Source: Octopus sinensis (Eukaryota). Taken from it: a stretch of 64,000 bases of DNA. Numbering within the stretch: the first letter of the stretch is position 1; every line of letters begins with the position of its first letter. Below the pieces are notes generated by a model that made no database searches, was not told where the DNA came from, and saw only the letters and a program-made list of their open reading frames with translations. The translations under genes were made by a program, and so were the position numbers. This document shows, piece after piece, positions 26,215 through 39,194 of this stretch. The DNA is taken from positions 18,104,001 through 18,168,000 of the forward strand of contig NC_042998.1 in assembly GCF_006345805.1 (NCBI RefSeq), in the 5' to 3' direction.

Positions 26215-26390
26215 TCAAGTTCTTAGAACCCACCTGTTAATATTTCTTATATCTAAGAGGCAAAGTCTCTGTAGCAGCTCTACATGAGATTCTGTTCCAA
26301 TCTTCTTCAAGAATTTGTCTATATCTTTGCCTACAGCTCCAAATGCATCAATAATTATAGGCACAACCTTTACAATTTTTATATTTCAAA
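26215..26390 (-). mobile_element. Second R4/Dong-like C-terminal fragment
   Basis: IVKVVPIIIDAFGAVGKDIDKFLKKIGTESHVELLQRLCLL...VLRT*. Confidence 0.7.
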
Positions 26391-26489
26391 TTCTATTGTT
26401 GTTGTTGTTGATGATGCTGTTGTTGTTATTATTATTATTATTATTATTATTAATATTATTATTATTAATATTTGATTATTTTTTAATAC

Positions 26490-26585
26490 CATCATCATCA
26501 TCACCATCAGATTCATCAGATTCATAGTTATTCTCCTCATATTCAATATCAACATTCAGAGAAACATTCTTATACGTAGCACTGC
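26490..26585 (-). CDS. Candidate 96-bp phase-1/1 exon, acidic Tyr-motif peptide (copy 2)
   Basis: ttttggattag|GC-SATYKNVSLNVDIEYEENNYESDESDGDDDD-G|gtatta; 93/96 identical to copy 1. Confidence 0.5.
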
Positions 26586-27124
26586 CTAATCCAAAATAAG
26601 TTAGTATTTCGTTTAACTTTCGTGAATTTGTAATGAAACCCGTCTGTCCCTAATAACACAAATTTAATGCAGAATTTTACCAGATTTCTTCGAGATGTTT
26701 GCACGATAAATCTGATGGCAGAAACAAATCATTTATTTATTAACTTTCGCTTAAATGGATTTCGGTCAGAACGGTTAATAGTAATTGCAGAAAGGTTACA
26801 ACCCTAGACAATAGATTGACCCAGATTTGACAACTGTTTGATATTTCATGATTATCGTTTTGAGCATAACTGATATGCTGGGTATTACTTAATGTGAAAT
26901 GTAAAGCCAATTAACTTTGAGAGAGCTGATTTAATATTAATATATTGGTCGTGATTGAAGGGTAATTTGTATTAAATAACTGCATACCATTAATGAAGAG
27001 CATTTGGATTTAAATCATTGAGAAATGATATACATATATACGTGGGCGCGCACGGTCATGCGCCTGCTCTTATAGACTCACTCACACCACACACACGTGT
27101 ATATATATATATATATATATATAT

Positions 27125-27295
27125 AGGAGGATTTAACGTTTTGAGCGGAGCTCTTCGTCAGAAATATAGAAAAAAACGGAAAATCCAAGGAAGGGAAGAC
27201 GGAAAAAGAAAATCGCCAACGATACACACGCGGTCACATATTGAAATGATCGCAAGGGAATGGGCGAAGAAAAAATTCTTTCAAAGCCAGTAGCA
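27125..27295 (-). mobile_element. PLE-type tail relic with mutated HHR
   Basis: Minus strand CTGACGA-A-GAGC-TCC-GCTC-AAAAC at about 27138-27161 (G>A in GAAAC). Abuts (TA)n. Confidence 0.45.
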
Positions 27296-27309
27296 AAATA
27301 ATCTTTATG

Positions 27310-27340
<31 letters not shown>

Positions 27341-27409
27341 GTAGGTCCCGGGTTGATTCGGGGTTAACCACAGTAAATAAGGTACTCAATACATAGCAGA
27401 GTAAAATTA

Positions 27410-27534
27410 ATTTATTATATAGAAGGAGCTTCTACAGGACTAGAACTGTTTCATTCAAGAGAAATCTTCAGGAGCTTCCTGAAGATTTCTCTTGAATGAA
27501 ACAGTTCTAGTCCTGTAGAAGCTCCTTCTATATA

Positions 27535-27540
<6 letters not shown>
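27410..27540. repeat. Perfect palindrome, 64-bp arms, 3-nt loop
   Basis: 27410-27473 is the exact reverse complement of 27477-27540. Confidence 0.97.
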
Positions 27541-27621
<81 letters not shown>

Positions 27622-27738
27622 TATAAACATTATTTTGTTACAGATCAGAGAGAAACCATTATGCGTGGACTCTCAGTGTTGAAGATTTAGATGCTTCAGT
27701 ATAAATTATATTGAATATATATATATATATATATATAT

Positions 27739-28132
27739 AGGCGCAGGAGTGGCTGTGTGGTAAGTAGCTTGTTTACCAACCACATGATTCCGGGTTCAGT
27801 CCCACTGCGTGGCACCTTGGGCAAGTGTCTTCTACTATAGCCTCGGGCCAACCAAAGCCTTGTGAGTGGATTTGATAGACGGAAACTGAAAGATACCCGT
27901 CGTATATATGTATATATATATATATGCGTGTGTGTGTTTGTCCCCCTAGCATTGCTTGACAACCGATGCTGGTGTGTTTACGTCTCCGTCACTTAGCGGT
28001 TCGGCAAAAGAGACCGATGGAATAAGTACTGGGCTTACAAAGAATAAGTCCCGGGGTCGAGTTGCTCGATTAAAGGCGGCGCTCCAGCATGGCCGCAGCC
28101 AAATGCCTGAAACAAGTAAAAGAGTAAAAGAG
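27739..28132 (+). mobile_element. SINE family B
   Basis: Family B head, microsatellite and tail. Confidence 0.92.
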
Positions 28133-30460
28133 TATATATATACATATTCTCTTTAATTTAATACAAAGTTAGATGACATTAAATTTTTATATTAATATAA
28201 TTCCAGTTATATTGGAAAGTTGGATTCATATACTGGTAATTTGGTTAATTCTTTGAGTATATTCATGCATGAACGAATTTATTCACGATATTACAAAACT
28301 GTTTTTCGTTAATTTTCATAAATTTAATGTGGTTGCCTATTTACTCTTACTTGTTTCTTGTTTATCTAAAAATGAATTACATAGAGACGACACGACTAGG
28401 TATGTGTATTCGCAGTCGAATAATTCCTATATACACAGCGCTCCAAAATAATATAGATCATTTTAAATGTAAATATATATTTACATATATTTATTTAACA
28501 AGCTTGCGATGTATCAAATTATCTCCAGTCTTCCGTCTCTGTTCATATAAATACAGACATACATATGTATATATATATATATATATATATATTTATACAC
28601 AATTATATATATATATATCCCTATATAGAAACATACATGCACACACACATACGCACATATATAAACGAATTATGCATCTGTTTGCTTATGTGTGTCCTTC
28701 TCTAATGTAATAATCAAACAAATTTCCTACTACCTCTTAACTTTCATTCCTCCGCTTACCTTCCGTTTACATGAGCACTTTTCTACTTGCAGGAGGAAAA
28801 TAGACACAAACACTTATACACGCATATATGTATGTATTTATCTAAAACTTGTACGACTCTATTCTTTCTTTCTTTCTATCAGCCCTTTCACGCTTACTTC
28901 GTTCATTCCACTCTTCGTTCTTTCGTCCCCCTCTCTCACATTTCCTTGCCTTCTCTTCAGTCTCACTTCCCCATCTCTTTTCACTTCACTGTGTCCCTGT
29001 CTTTTTTCTCGCCGCTCCTTAATTCTTCTGACCCTCCGCATTTACCTCTCTCTCTTTACTCCCTACGTGACCGGTGTTCGGCTAAGCCTGTGCTTTCTTT
29101 CTTGTTTCGGCCGCCGTCCGTGCAACATCTATATTCCTCCCTCTGTCCGTGACATCTTGTATCCCTGCCGTAAGGCTTTATTTCTACATACGCCAGCTTA
29201 ATTTAATTCTTTCTTAGTCGAAAGACACCTGTTATTATGTCCTGTTATTTGTATTTGTGTAACATTCTTCGTTTTTTTCCGTCCTTGTTTTCGTATGCAT
29301 TCGCTGTTTTCTTCCAAGGAATCTATTGCTCTTAGCTTAGTTTTTCCAAGCTGGAGCAATCTCGAGTATAACAAGCCGAAATTGCAAAGATAATCTGGAA
29401 CCCGACTGAAGAAAGAAAACTCTGAACGACCCATCCTTGTTTTCTTTGTATCGTCTATCTGGATATTTTGTTATCCCTTTTTTGTATCACCTAACTGTCT
29501 GGATGTTTTGCGTTCTTGTCCCATTTTGTATTTGTATATATTTTCGCTTACGTGATGAAGCTTTGTGATCTCCAGTGATGAAGATTTGTTTCGGCCTTTT
29601 TACCATATGGAACTATAATACTTGTTTCTGGAGCAATATATGAAACAAAATACGTATATATATAATAAATTCCACTTGTATTTATTTTCCAAGGTTTCAA
29701 TCATTTTTGAAATCAGTATAAATTTATAAATTTAAATGCATTTTGAGTACTTAATTCAAGTACAATCCGCAATTTGCTTTTAAATACCATGTTTATAGCT
29801 AACGTTTGATGTCAAAATCTCGACAATCCTTTTTACATAGCCAGCTTACACATTACTCATTTTCAATATTTTTTGATGTGTTTGATATTTTGTTGGTAGC
29901 ATTTTAAAATGTTGCCGATCTGCAAAGAGTAATACTTTGAACGTCTGTGAATTTAGTGATTGTTTTACTAACTCACGCAGAACACTTTAACGTTTAATAA
30001 GTTTTCCATTCATTTACAACACCAGGTTATTGAACACAATGCCTGCCTTCTCAGGCAAACGTGTTTTGGCATAACCACGGATCAGCCCAACCCTTGTTAG
30101 TGTAAGTGGAAACATAGGACCGATACACAAGGCTACTTCGATTTTACAGTTTGCTTGCACATGCAATACAAAAGTCCAAACTTATCACACACGTTGTCCC
30201 ACTAGAGGTTTGTTTTAAAAGTACATAAGACAGTGGAATGCTCGGTATCTTACTATTTAGTTAAGTGAGAAGTAGATCGTTTAATTGGACCACTGCATAT
30301 TCATATTTGAAATATTTGGAGCAACATGTACTCACATGTTATATAGATTTATAATGACCGATTAATGTGTTCATCTGATACTTTGATGTTTAAACGTGCT
30401 GTTGGCCTCGTATGAAAAGTTTTATTCAAATACTAATTTTTCCATATATTTAATTTCTTA

Positions 30461-30852
30461 GGCGGCGAGCTGGCAGAAAGGTTAGCACACCGGGCGAAAT
30501 TCTTAGCAGTATTTCCTTCTGCGGTTACGTTCGGAGTTCAAATTCCGCCGAGCTCGACTATGCCTTTCGTCCTTTCGAGGTAGATAAATTAGGGACCAGT
30601 TACGCACTGGGGTCGATGTAATCGACTTAATCCCTTTGTCTGTCCTTGTTTTCCCCCTCTATCTTTAGCCCCTTGTGGGCAATAAAGAAATAAGAATGAT
30701 TAGCACGCCGGGGAAAATGCTTAATAACATTTTGTCCGTGTTGTACGTTCTCAGTTCAAATTCTTTCGAGGTTGACGTTGCTCTTCATCTCTTCGAGATC
30801 GATGAAATAAGTACCAGTTGTGCACTAGGATCAATGTTATTGACTTACCCCC
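30461..30852 (+). mobile_element. SINE family A followed by or nested in an older related SINE
   Basis: Young copy at 30461-30693, then a diverged head and core at 30694-30852. Confidence 0.8.
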
Positions 30853-32063
30853 TTCTACAACATTACTGGCTATGTTCCATAATGGGAAACCAATATCTAA
30901 TTTTAGGTAATTTATTATTAGCCTATTTATTATTACTCTTTAATTGTTTGTTAAATATTACCCACATTTTACATAATTCTCTTGTTGAGTTTATTGGATA
31001 AGAAGACAATTCGTTCTTAGATTTTCATAAATACATCTGTTGAGATTATTTAATACAGTATGCCTTCATAAACCAAATTCATGCCAGCTTAATTTCACAA
31101 TTCATAAACGTTTTCCAAAGTGTCTCGAATGATCTTATATTATCATTCAACATCTTTTTGCGTATTGAATAGCGAAATGACATTATATGATTTCCAACAC
31201 CCAGAATCTAAGGATATTATCAGCTTTTATTAATATTCAATTTATTAAATTTTTAATTACTTAAATTTTCAATATCTTAAATTGACATAATTCACTTAAA
31301 TTCACTGCCACGAGCATGGTCGTTCTGTTGCCATGGACGCTGCATTCTCAAATGTTAAAAAATTTCAGTTCGCAATCACGTGGTTCTAGTCTCGATAAAA
31401 TTGCATAGATTCCTCGACAAGTAATCGGATCGCCTTGGCTTTTGTGAGTGTTAATGTGCAGTCGGAAATTCGTTGGAAGCCTGAAGAATACATGTGAATG
31501 TATGACAAACTCTGCAAAAGAGATTCCACTGGAGAATAGTGTTGGAACACACACGTACCTGGAATGTTCAGCAGCTGTACGGGCTCACAACTGTATAGTC
31601 ATAGTTGAAAGCGTCAGAGCGCAATTTTATTTTATCTCCATTTCTTTTCAACTTCGCGCGTTACATTAGTACTATCGTACTATCGTTACTTTCATATTTT
31701 GTATTAAAGATGGATTTCAACTTGTGTTTCGACATGTTTTTCTTTTTTTTTCTTTTATTTTCTCAATGATCGTGTGTAGACAATGCAGAATCTAACTGAT
31801 AGTAACATCAGCACCTCAGGAGGGAATTTCTGAAACATGAAATGTTAGTACGTTACTTTCTAAAATGTACTTTTTTCCTTCACTGATCATTTTTAGTCTT
31901 TAGAATAAGATGGTTATATACGTGCATGCATGTATCTACGTATATATGTATGCATTTATGTATGTATGTATGTATGTATGCATGCATGAATATATGTATG
32001 TATGTATATATATACATGTATGTGTGTGTGTGTATGTATGTATGTATGTATATATTATATATG

Positions 32064-32155
<92 letters not shown>

Positions 32156-32160
32156 ATATA

Positions 32161-32191
<31 letters not shown>

Positions 32192-33003
32192 GATCAATAA
32201 ATGGTGGGGTTGTGTTGACCGCACGTGGAGAAATGATAAGTAAGGAAAAATTTTTTTAAAAATGCAGAATGCTCAAATGAAAGAAAATTTTAATAAAATG
32301 AGAAAATGATAAAATATATAAATATATATTTATTCAACCGGTTTTCGTCCTTGTATGACTTGTCAAGAATATTTATGTTTTAAGAAGTTATTTTAAAAAT
32401 TAGAAATGGGAAAAAAAGAAAATTGCATTGTTTTTTGTAAAAGAATAATGATAAAAATGTACAAAAATTAAAAAATAAGTTCTCCGATACATTGTGAGTT
32501 CGTTGTGTATCTTGAGTTTTATGGTTGTTTACCAAAAAATTACCTTGAGGTGTTAAGATCCAAAGGGATTAAGAGCATGTGATGTGTTGTGTTGTTAAAT
32601 TCAGCATGTTGCAGGACAGGAAGTAGTAGTAATTGTGGTCCTGGTTCTTCAGTTCCTGTGTTGTGGGTAAGGGGAGACAACTCTTTTGAGTTCTTCAATA
32701 AAACCCAAATTATAAAACTATCATTTTAGCTTCATTTGCATTATCTTTTTTATATAATTGCTTGTTAACTTAACTTTCAGATTTTAACACTTTATTTATA
32801 TTATTTTCTAATAATATAAATCTGCATAGACAATTGCATTTCAAATTGTCATATCATTTATAATAAAAATGATAGTAATAACAACAATAGTAAAAATGAT
32901 ATTTAAAGAATATAAGTTTTAGCTTGAAGTGATGAATGCATGGTATCTTTATATATTTGTGTTAGTCCATCCATGAAGAGTGAGGTAGAGAAAGGAAGTT
33001 TGA

Positions 33004-34100
33004 TCAACGAGGAGTTTGCATATTAAGTTGTGTTTGGAATTTTTCAATAAAGAGATTCTCCTTGTTAATTCTCTCCTGTGTGGTGATCCCGTCTTTACAT
33101 TGGTAGAAGGGGAATATATAGAATTTGGGGTTTAAGTCTTTAGCACATGAGTCTAAGTGGTCACTCAGTGGAATTTGTCGGTATTCCGGGAGATTTATTT
33201 GTTCTTTATGCACCGTTACTCGTTTACGTAACGGGAGACTCGTTTGTCCAACATAATTATGTTGGCAACCAGCGCATGTGAGGACGTAGATAAGGTTCTC
33301 GGAGGAACAGGAGAAGTTAGTCTTGATTTTAAACTTCGTACCTTGTTTGAAGGTAATTCAGAGCCTTCAAGTAGAAAGGGGCAGGTACCACAGTTTGAGC
33401 GTGCACATTTTTTTACTGTTGGGGGTGGATGTGGTGTGTGAAGTTTGGCATTTGTCAAGAGTTTTTTTAAAGATTTGTGTTGCCTTTTGCATTTGAGGAT
33501 TTTGTGTGTATTTATAATGTTTTTCATTTTTGGGTCTGTTGACAGTAGACTGAGGTTTTGTATGATTGTGGTGTATGCTTCGATATTTTTGGGGTTGTGG
33601 GTGGAAATGTATGGAAGTATTTTGAGGTTGTGTGTGGTGTTAGGTTGGGTGGTTTTCAGTGTAGTGTTGTCTAGTTCTTTGGCGCGTTTTATTCCATACT
33701 CTATAAGGGTGGAGGGATATTGACGTTGTAATAGTGTTTTTTTGAGGTCTTGAAGGCGTATTTCTCGTGTTTTTGGATCCGAGACAATGGTGCATACCCT
33801 TTTAGCTAAATTGAAAGGGATATTTGTCTTGGTGTGTTTTGGGTGGCATGAACTAAAGAGGAGGTATTGTTGTGAGTCTGTAGGTTTGTGGTAGATGTCT
33901 GTTATGATTTGGTTCTTAGGTGTTTTTATAATTAGGAGATCAAGGAATGGGAGATGATGTTTGCTTAATTCCATAGTGAATTGGATGTTGGGATGTATGT
34001 TGTTTAGTATGGTTTTGAATTCCAGGAGTTTTTCATAAGGTTCTTTCCATATGATGAAACAATCATCTAAATACCTTTTCCAGTTTTCCATTAGGTAGGT
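33004..34100 (-). pseudogene. PLE2 RT C-terminal half + GIY-YIG (1-bp frameshift near 33355)
   Basis: ORFs 33216-34151 and 33004-33213 of the track; the ORF's N-terminal residues derive from the inverted arm. Confidence 0.88.
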
Positions 34101-34104
34101 GTGG

Positions 34105-34623
34105 AAAACATTATAAATACACACAAAATCCTCAAATGCAAAAGGCAACACAAATCTTTAAAAAAACTCTTGACAAATGCCAAACTTTACACACCACATC
34201 CACCCCCAACAGTAAAAAAATGTGCACGCTCAAACTGTGGTACCTGCCCCTTTCTACTTGAAGGCTCTGAATTTACCTTCAAACAAGGTACGAAGTTTAA
34301 AATCAAGACTAACTTCTCCTGTTCCTCCGAGAACCTTATCTACGTCCTCACATGCGCTGGTTGCCAACATAATTATGTTGGACAAACGAGTCTCCCGTTA
34401 CGTAAACGAGTAACGGTGCATAAAGAACAAATAAATCTCCCGGAATACCGACAAATTCCACTGAGTGACCACTTAGACTCGTGCTAAAGACTTAAACCCC
34501 AAATTCTATATATTCCCCTTCTACCAATGTAAAGACGGGATCACCACACAGGAGAGAATTAACAAGGAGAATCTCTTTATTGAAAAATTCCAAACACAAC
34601 TTAATATGCAAACTCCTCGTTGA
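34105..34623 (+). pseudogene. Inverted copy of the PLE2 linker + GIY-YIG (2-bp deletion near 34480)
   Basis: ORF 34101-34487 KKCARSNCGTC...NLIYVLTCAGCQHNYVGQ; the frame resumes as AKDLNPKF...QTPR*. Confidence 0.88.
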
Positions 34624-35254
34624 TCAAACTTCCTTTCTCTACCTCACTCTTCATGGATGGACTAACACAAATATATAAAGATACCATGCATTCATCACTT
34701 CAAGCTAAAACTTATATTCTTTAAATATCATTTTTACTATTGTTGTTATTACTATCATTTTTATTATAAATGATATGACAATTTGAAATGCAATTGTCTA
34801 TGCAGATTTATATTATTAGAAAATAATATAAATAAAGTGTTAAAATCTGAAAGTTAAGTTAACAAGCAATTATATAAAAAAGATAATGCAAATGAAGCTA
34901 AAATGATAGTTTTATAATTTGGGTTTTATTGAAGAACTCAAAAGAGTTGTCTCCCCTTACCCACAACACAGGAACTGAAGAACCAGGACCACAATTACTA
35001 CTACTTCCTGTCCTGCAACATGCTGAATTTAACAACACAACACATCACATGCTCTTAATCCCTTTGGATCTTAACACCTCAAGGTAATTTTTGGTAAACA
35101 ACCATAAAACTCAAGATACACAACGAACTCACAATGTATCGGAGAACTTATTTTTTAATTTTTGTACATTTTTATCATTATTCTTTTACAAAAAACAATG
35201 CAATTTTCTTTTTTTCCCCTTTCTAATTTTTAAAATAACTTCTTAAAACATAAA

Positions 35255-35295
35255 TATTCTTGACAAGTCATACAAGGACGAAAACCGGTTGAATA
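35255..35295 (+). ncRNA. Minimal HHR variant in the PLE2 tail (mirror copy at 32331-32371, minus strand)
   Basis: TATTC-TTGACAA-GTC-ATACAAG-GAC-GAAAA-CCGG-TT-GAATA: U3-A8 covariant core, 3-bp stem II, 5-bp stem I, palindromic AACCGGTT, one extra A. Confidence 0.6.
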
Positions 35296-35498
35296 AATAT
35301 ATATTTATATATTTTATCATTTTCTCATTTTATTAAAATTTTCTTTCATTTGAGCATTCTGCATTTTTAAAAAAATTTTTCCTTACTATATATATATATA
35401 TATATATATATAATAAAAATTTAACAAATAAAATATATGCATACATACACACATATATGTACATACCTACATCTATATGTATATATACATGCATATAT

Positions 35499-35534
<36 letters not shown>

Positions 35535-35698
35535 GGGTACAGGACACCACAAATAAACGTAGAACACAACGAGAAACGAAGACATAAAAACAAACAAGGA
35601 AACGGACTTTTTTAACAACACAAAAACAGAGTACAAGACAAACAATACAAGGAATATTCCACTTCATCAGCTGCCCCTGGTTCGACTCAATGCGTGTT

Positions 35699-35747
<49 letters not shown>

Positions 35748-36359
35748 GTGTTTATGTATATATAAATATAGCTATACAAATTATGGTGATCTAAACGATT
35801 ACGTACGCTAGGTAAGTGTTGTAACGAATTACTAGGGCTCTAACGTTATAGCCAAGACGGTATTTGTGGAGCCCTTGCAGATTTCCGATGCAGCAGATAT
35901 ATAATTGCTAAACAGGACATCAAACATTAATGCGAAGCAAACATCTCAAGTCATATATAATATTATTACAGGAAGAAATTCGAAATCTTACAGCTGTTTC
36001 TGGGATATCCTCGAGTATGGGATCTTCCGTTATCAGATACCTGCACACGGCTATATCGCACACACACGCGCACACAAAAAAATCATATACGCGTTTATAT
36101 ACGCACATGCAGAAGAAAAAAACAAGGCTAAAAGCCTAATACAGAAAAATGTGTAAAAAAAGTCTAAAATGTAAGGAATAAGAGTAAAACACGTCTATAT
36201 ACGCACATACTCGCATGCACGCACACACACACACACACGTCTATATACGCACATAGACGTACACACGCCCACATCAACACGCGCGCACGAAAAATTCCAT
36301 ATACACGTCTATATACGCACACGAAAAATGCATTTTCATAGCATCTTTTTCGATGGCCG

Positions 36360-36420
36360 GATAACTGAAGAGATGCCGGTGTGGGTCTCCGTCCTGACAT
36401 TCGAAACTTGGAGCTTTATC
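36360..36420 (+). ncRNA. Degenerate HHR-like motif
   Basis: ggataa-CTGAAGA-GATG...CATTC-GAAAC-ttggagc-tttatc; no clean NUH triplet. Confidence 0.25.
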
Positions 36421-36619
36421 ATGACTACCGAATAAATGTCACATATTATATTTACACACACACACACACACCACATATATGTATATATGTATGGAGGCAG
36501 TGACATCTCACGGAATTAGTGACTAGTGATCGAGACGTTTGTAATACACTGTGCTTGAGAAGATCTGTCAAGTCAAGTAAGATCGTAGTTAACCGCGATG
36601 ACTATGTTGCGTAAATGCC

Positions 36620-36815
36620 ATAGATGCCAGTGGCACGTAAAAAGCAGCCACTACACTCTTGGAGAGGTTGGCGTTAGGAAGAGCATCCATTTGTGAAAAC
36701 CATGCCAAATCAGAATGGAACCTGGTGTAGCTCCCCAGCTTCCCAGTTTTTCAGTCCAACCCATTCCAGCATGGAAAACAGACGTTAAATGCAATTCATG
36801 ATGATGATGATGATA
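36620..36815 (+). mobile_element. SINE/RTE-type 3' tail relic ending in (GAT)n
   Basis: ggcgttaggaagagcatcc...gtccaacccattccagcatggaaaacagacgttaaa...gatgatgat. Confidence 0.6.
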
Positions 36816-37487
36816 TATATATATATATATATCATTCTCACCGTCTGGGTTCTTAGATAGACAGATTGACAGACAACGAAAATCATGTATGCGCCTGTTT
36901 CTGCAGAATATTTAGAAAATACGCATATTCATATCAATAATTGAAAAAAATGTTTCCTATTCGGCGTACTATAAACACACAAATATATATACATGTACAC
37001 TCACTGACACGTGTACATGCAGGTTCCAGACACAATTTTCCCATATCCACAGATGTGTGCAAAAGTTGCTGCAATGCAGGCGGAGATTCGCTGCCTGTGA
37101 ATGCAGAATGTTATAGTTAGAGAAAATATACTGGGTACTTACATTATACCGGTTACAATAGTCAATAACTAACCGGATAACACGAATGCAAAAATCGAAC
37201 ACTTTATGTTGATTTTACGTTATCCTTGTCGCATTGCTCTGGATACAATATATGTACGTAATTATTCATGTACAACGCACACGCTCACTCATTCACTCAC
37301 TTACACGCAGACATACACACACTCGCTTTACTTCTGTTTGTCAGTGTATCTGTGTGTATTTGCATGTGTATATATATTTATCTATCTATCTGTGTATAGG
37401 TGTGAATGTATGGTATGTCTCTGTATGTATTTCCTTATGATGCCTTTCTGTATGTATATGGACTAATATTTGTATGAATTTGTATGA

Positions 37488-37536
<49 letters not shown>

Positions 37537-37582
37537 TATATCATACATACAACACACACACACACACACACACACATACACA

Positions 37583-37639
<57 letters not shown>

Positions 37640-38541
37640 GTATTTGTATGTATGTATATATGTCTCTCTATCTATGTCTCTCTGCATACACACACACGCA
37701 TACACACACATATTTATATATATATATATACATATCTCTCTCTCTGTATATATTCATATATAGATACATACATATATATACACACATATGTGTATATATA
37801 TCTATATATATATATATATATATGTGTGTGTTTGTATATGTATATATACACACTCATATATGGGCTAAAGTTTTGGTGTAATTGTGATATTGCTTCCGTG
37901 ACTAATGTCTCATAGTTTGATGTGTCTATTGTTTTGGATATATGAATAAATATTTATGAAGTTTTTTTGGCAACAATTATGAAAGACTACTAACATATTC
38001 TGTACTTGACTCAGGGCGGAAAATGCTGTTTTTAAGTAGAGCGAATCGGTGCTGACTCGGATGTATGCAGGGATATTAACCCATGTACGTCTTGCCCGAA
38101 ATTTGCAGAGCTTAGCAGCAGATCAAAGCTATATTACTTACATTGAGTTACACCTATTTTTCGCTAATTTACCTATCATTCCATGTTCAAAGCCTTGTCC
38201 ACGATACTCGCATATGTGAGATTACCGACGGATAGCCGTGTTGAATGAGGGTGTGTAATTCCGACCGCTGTTTTACTGTATACTGTAGAGGTATTAGGGT
38301 GTTGACCATAATACATGCGTTATTGTATTAATATAAACGATAGAGGGAATCATACGTAGAGAAATATGATATACTAATGAAGACCGGGGTCTTTTAGGAT
38401 GCAAGGCATTCACACGGGGCTCCTGATAAAAGCGAAGTACATCAAAGATAGTTCTTTTCTTAATGCGTCACGTTGAAAGACATATTGCGAAAATGGAAAT
38501 TGTGTATGCATGTGTGTGAGTATAAATAGATGTATATATAG

Positions 38542-38572
<31 letters not shown>

Positions 38573-38606
38573 TGTATGTAGTATGTATGTATGTATGTAT
38601 GCATAC

Positions 38607-38665
<59 letters not shown>

Positions 38666-38906
38666 AAAAATAGGATAAAATCTGAATAAGAAATCTTAAC
38701 AAGAATTTATCAAGTAGTTAGCGTGAAAAACCTCATAGAGAAAAAAAAACTGTAAATTTTTTTCTTCGAAAATATTTATTTATATTGTATAGAGGGCATT
38801 ATTACACATAAATGCCTCACGATAGGAGGGACAATTAAGTAGTTATGGCTTTAACAGTCCCTCCTAGCGTGCAGCATTTATGTGTAATAATGCCCTCTAT
38901 ACAATA

Positions 38907-38951
<45 letters not shown>

Positions 38952-39070
38952 AGATAGATAGATAGACGATCAGATAGACAGACAGTTAGATAAACAGATT
39001 GATACATAGATATACATATATATGTGGATATATATGCATATACATATGAATATGTACACAAACATGCATA

Positions 39071-39107
<37 letters not shown>

Positions 39108-39158
39108 TATAACCGAATTATCCATTATCCATACTAGGATAATTTATTCTACTACTTA

Positions 39159-39194
<36 letters not shown>

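Larger units (their letters stand above)
32239..35387. mobile_element. Penelope-like element 2 with inverted 3' duplication (tails outward)
   Basis: Minus-strand 5'-truncated RT-GIY-YIG-tail at 32239-34100 (WKRYLDDCF, NLIYVLTCAGCQHNYVGQT). A plus-strand copy of its 3' 1.28 kb lies at 34105-35387. Confidence 0.95.

Noticed and set aside
31470-31530. CTGAAGA-ATACAT-GTGA-ATGTAT three-way-junction look-alike
   Set aside because: It is followed by GACAAA rather than GAAA, has no NUH triplet, and stem I is offset by 2 nt; probably chance.
38040-38460. Minus-strand EYRGQGF...GKLAK (GNAT motif-A-like) in a GC-richer island
   Set aside because: The frames are broken by stops and the motif is too short to call by eye.
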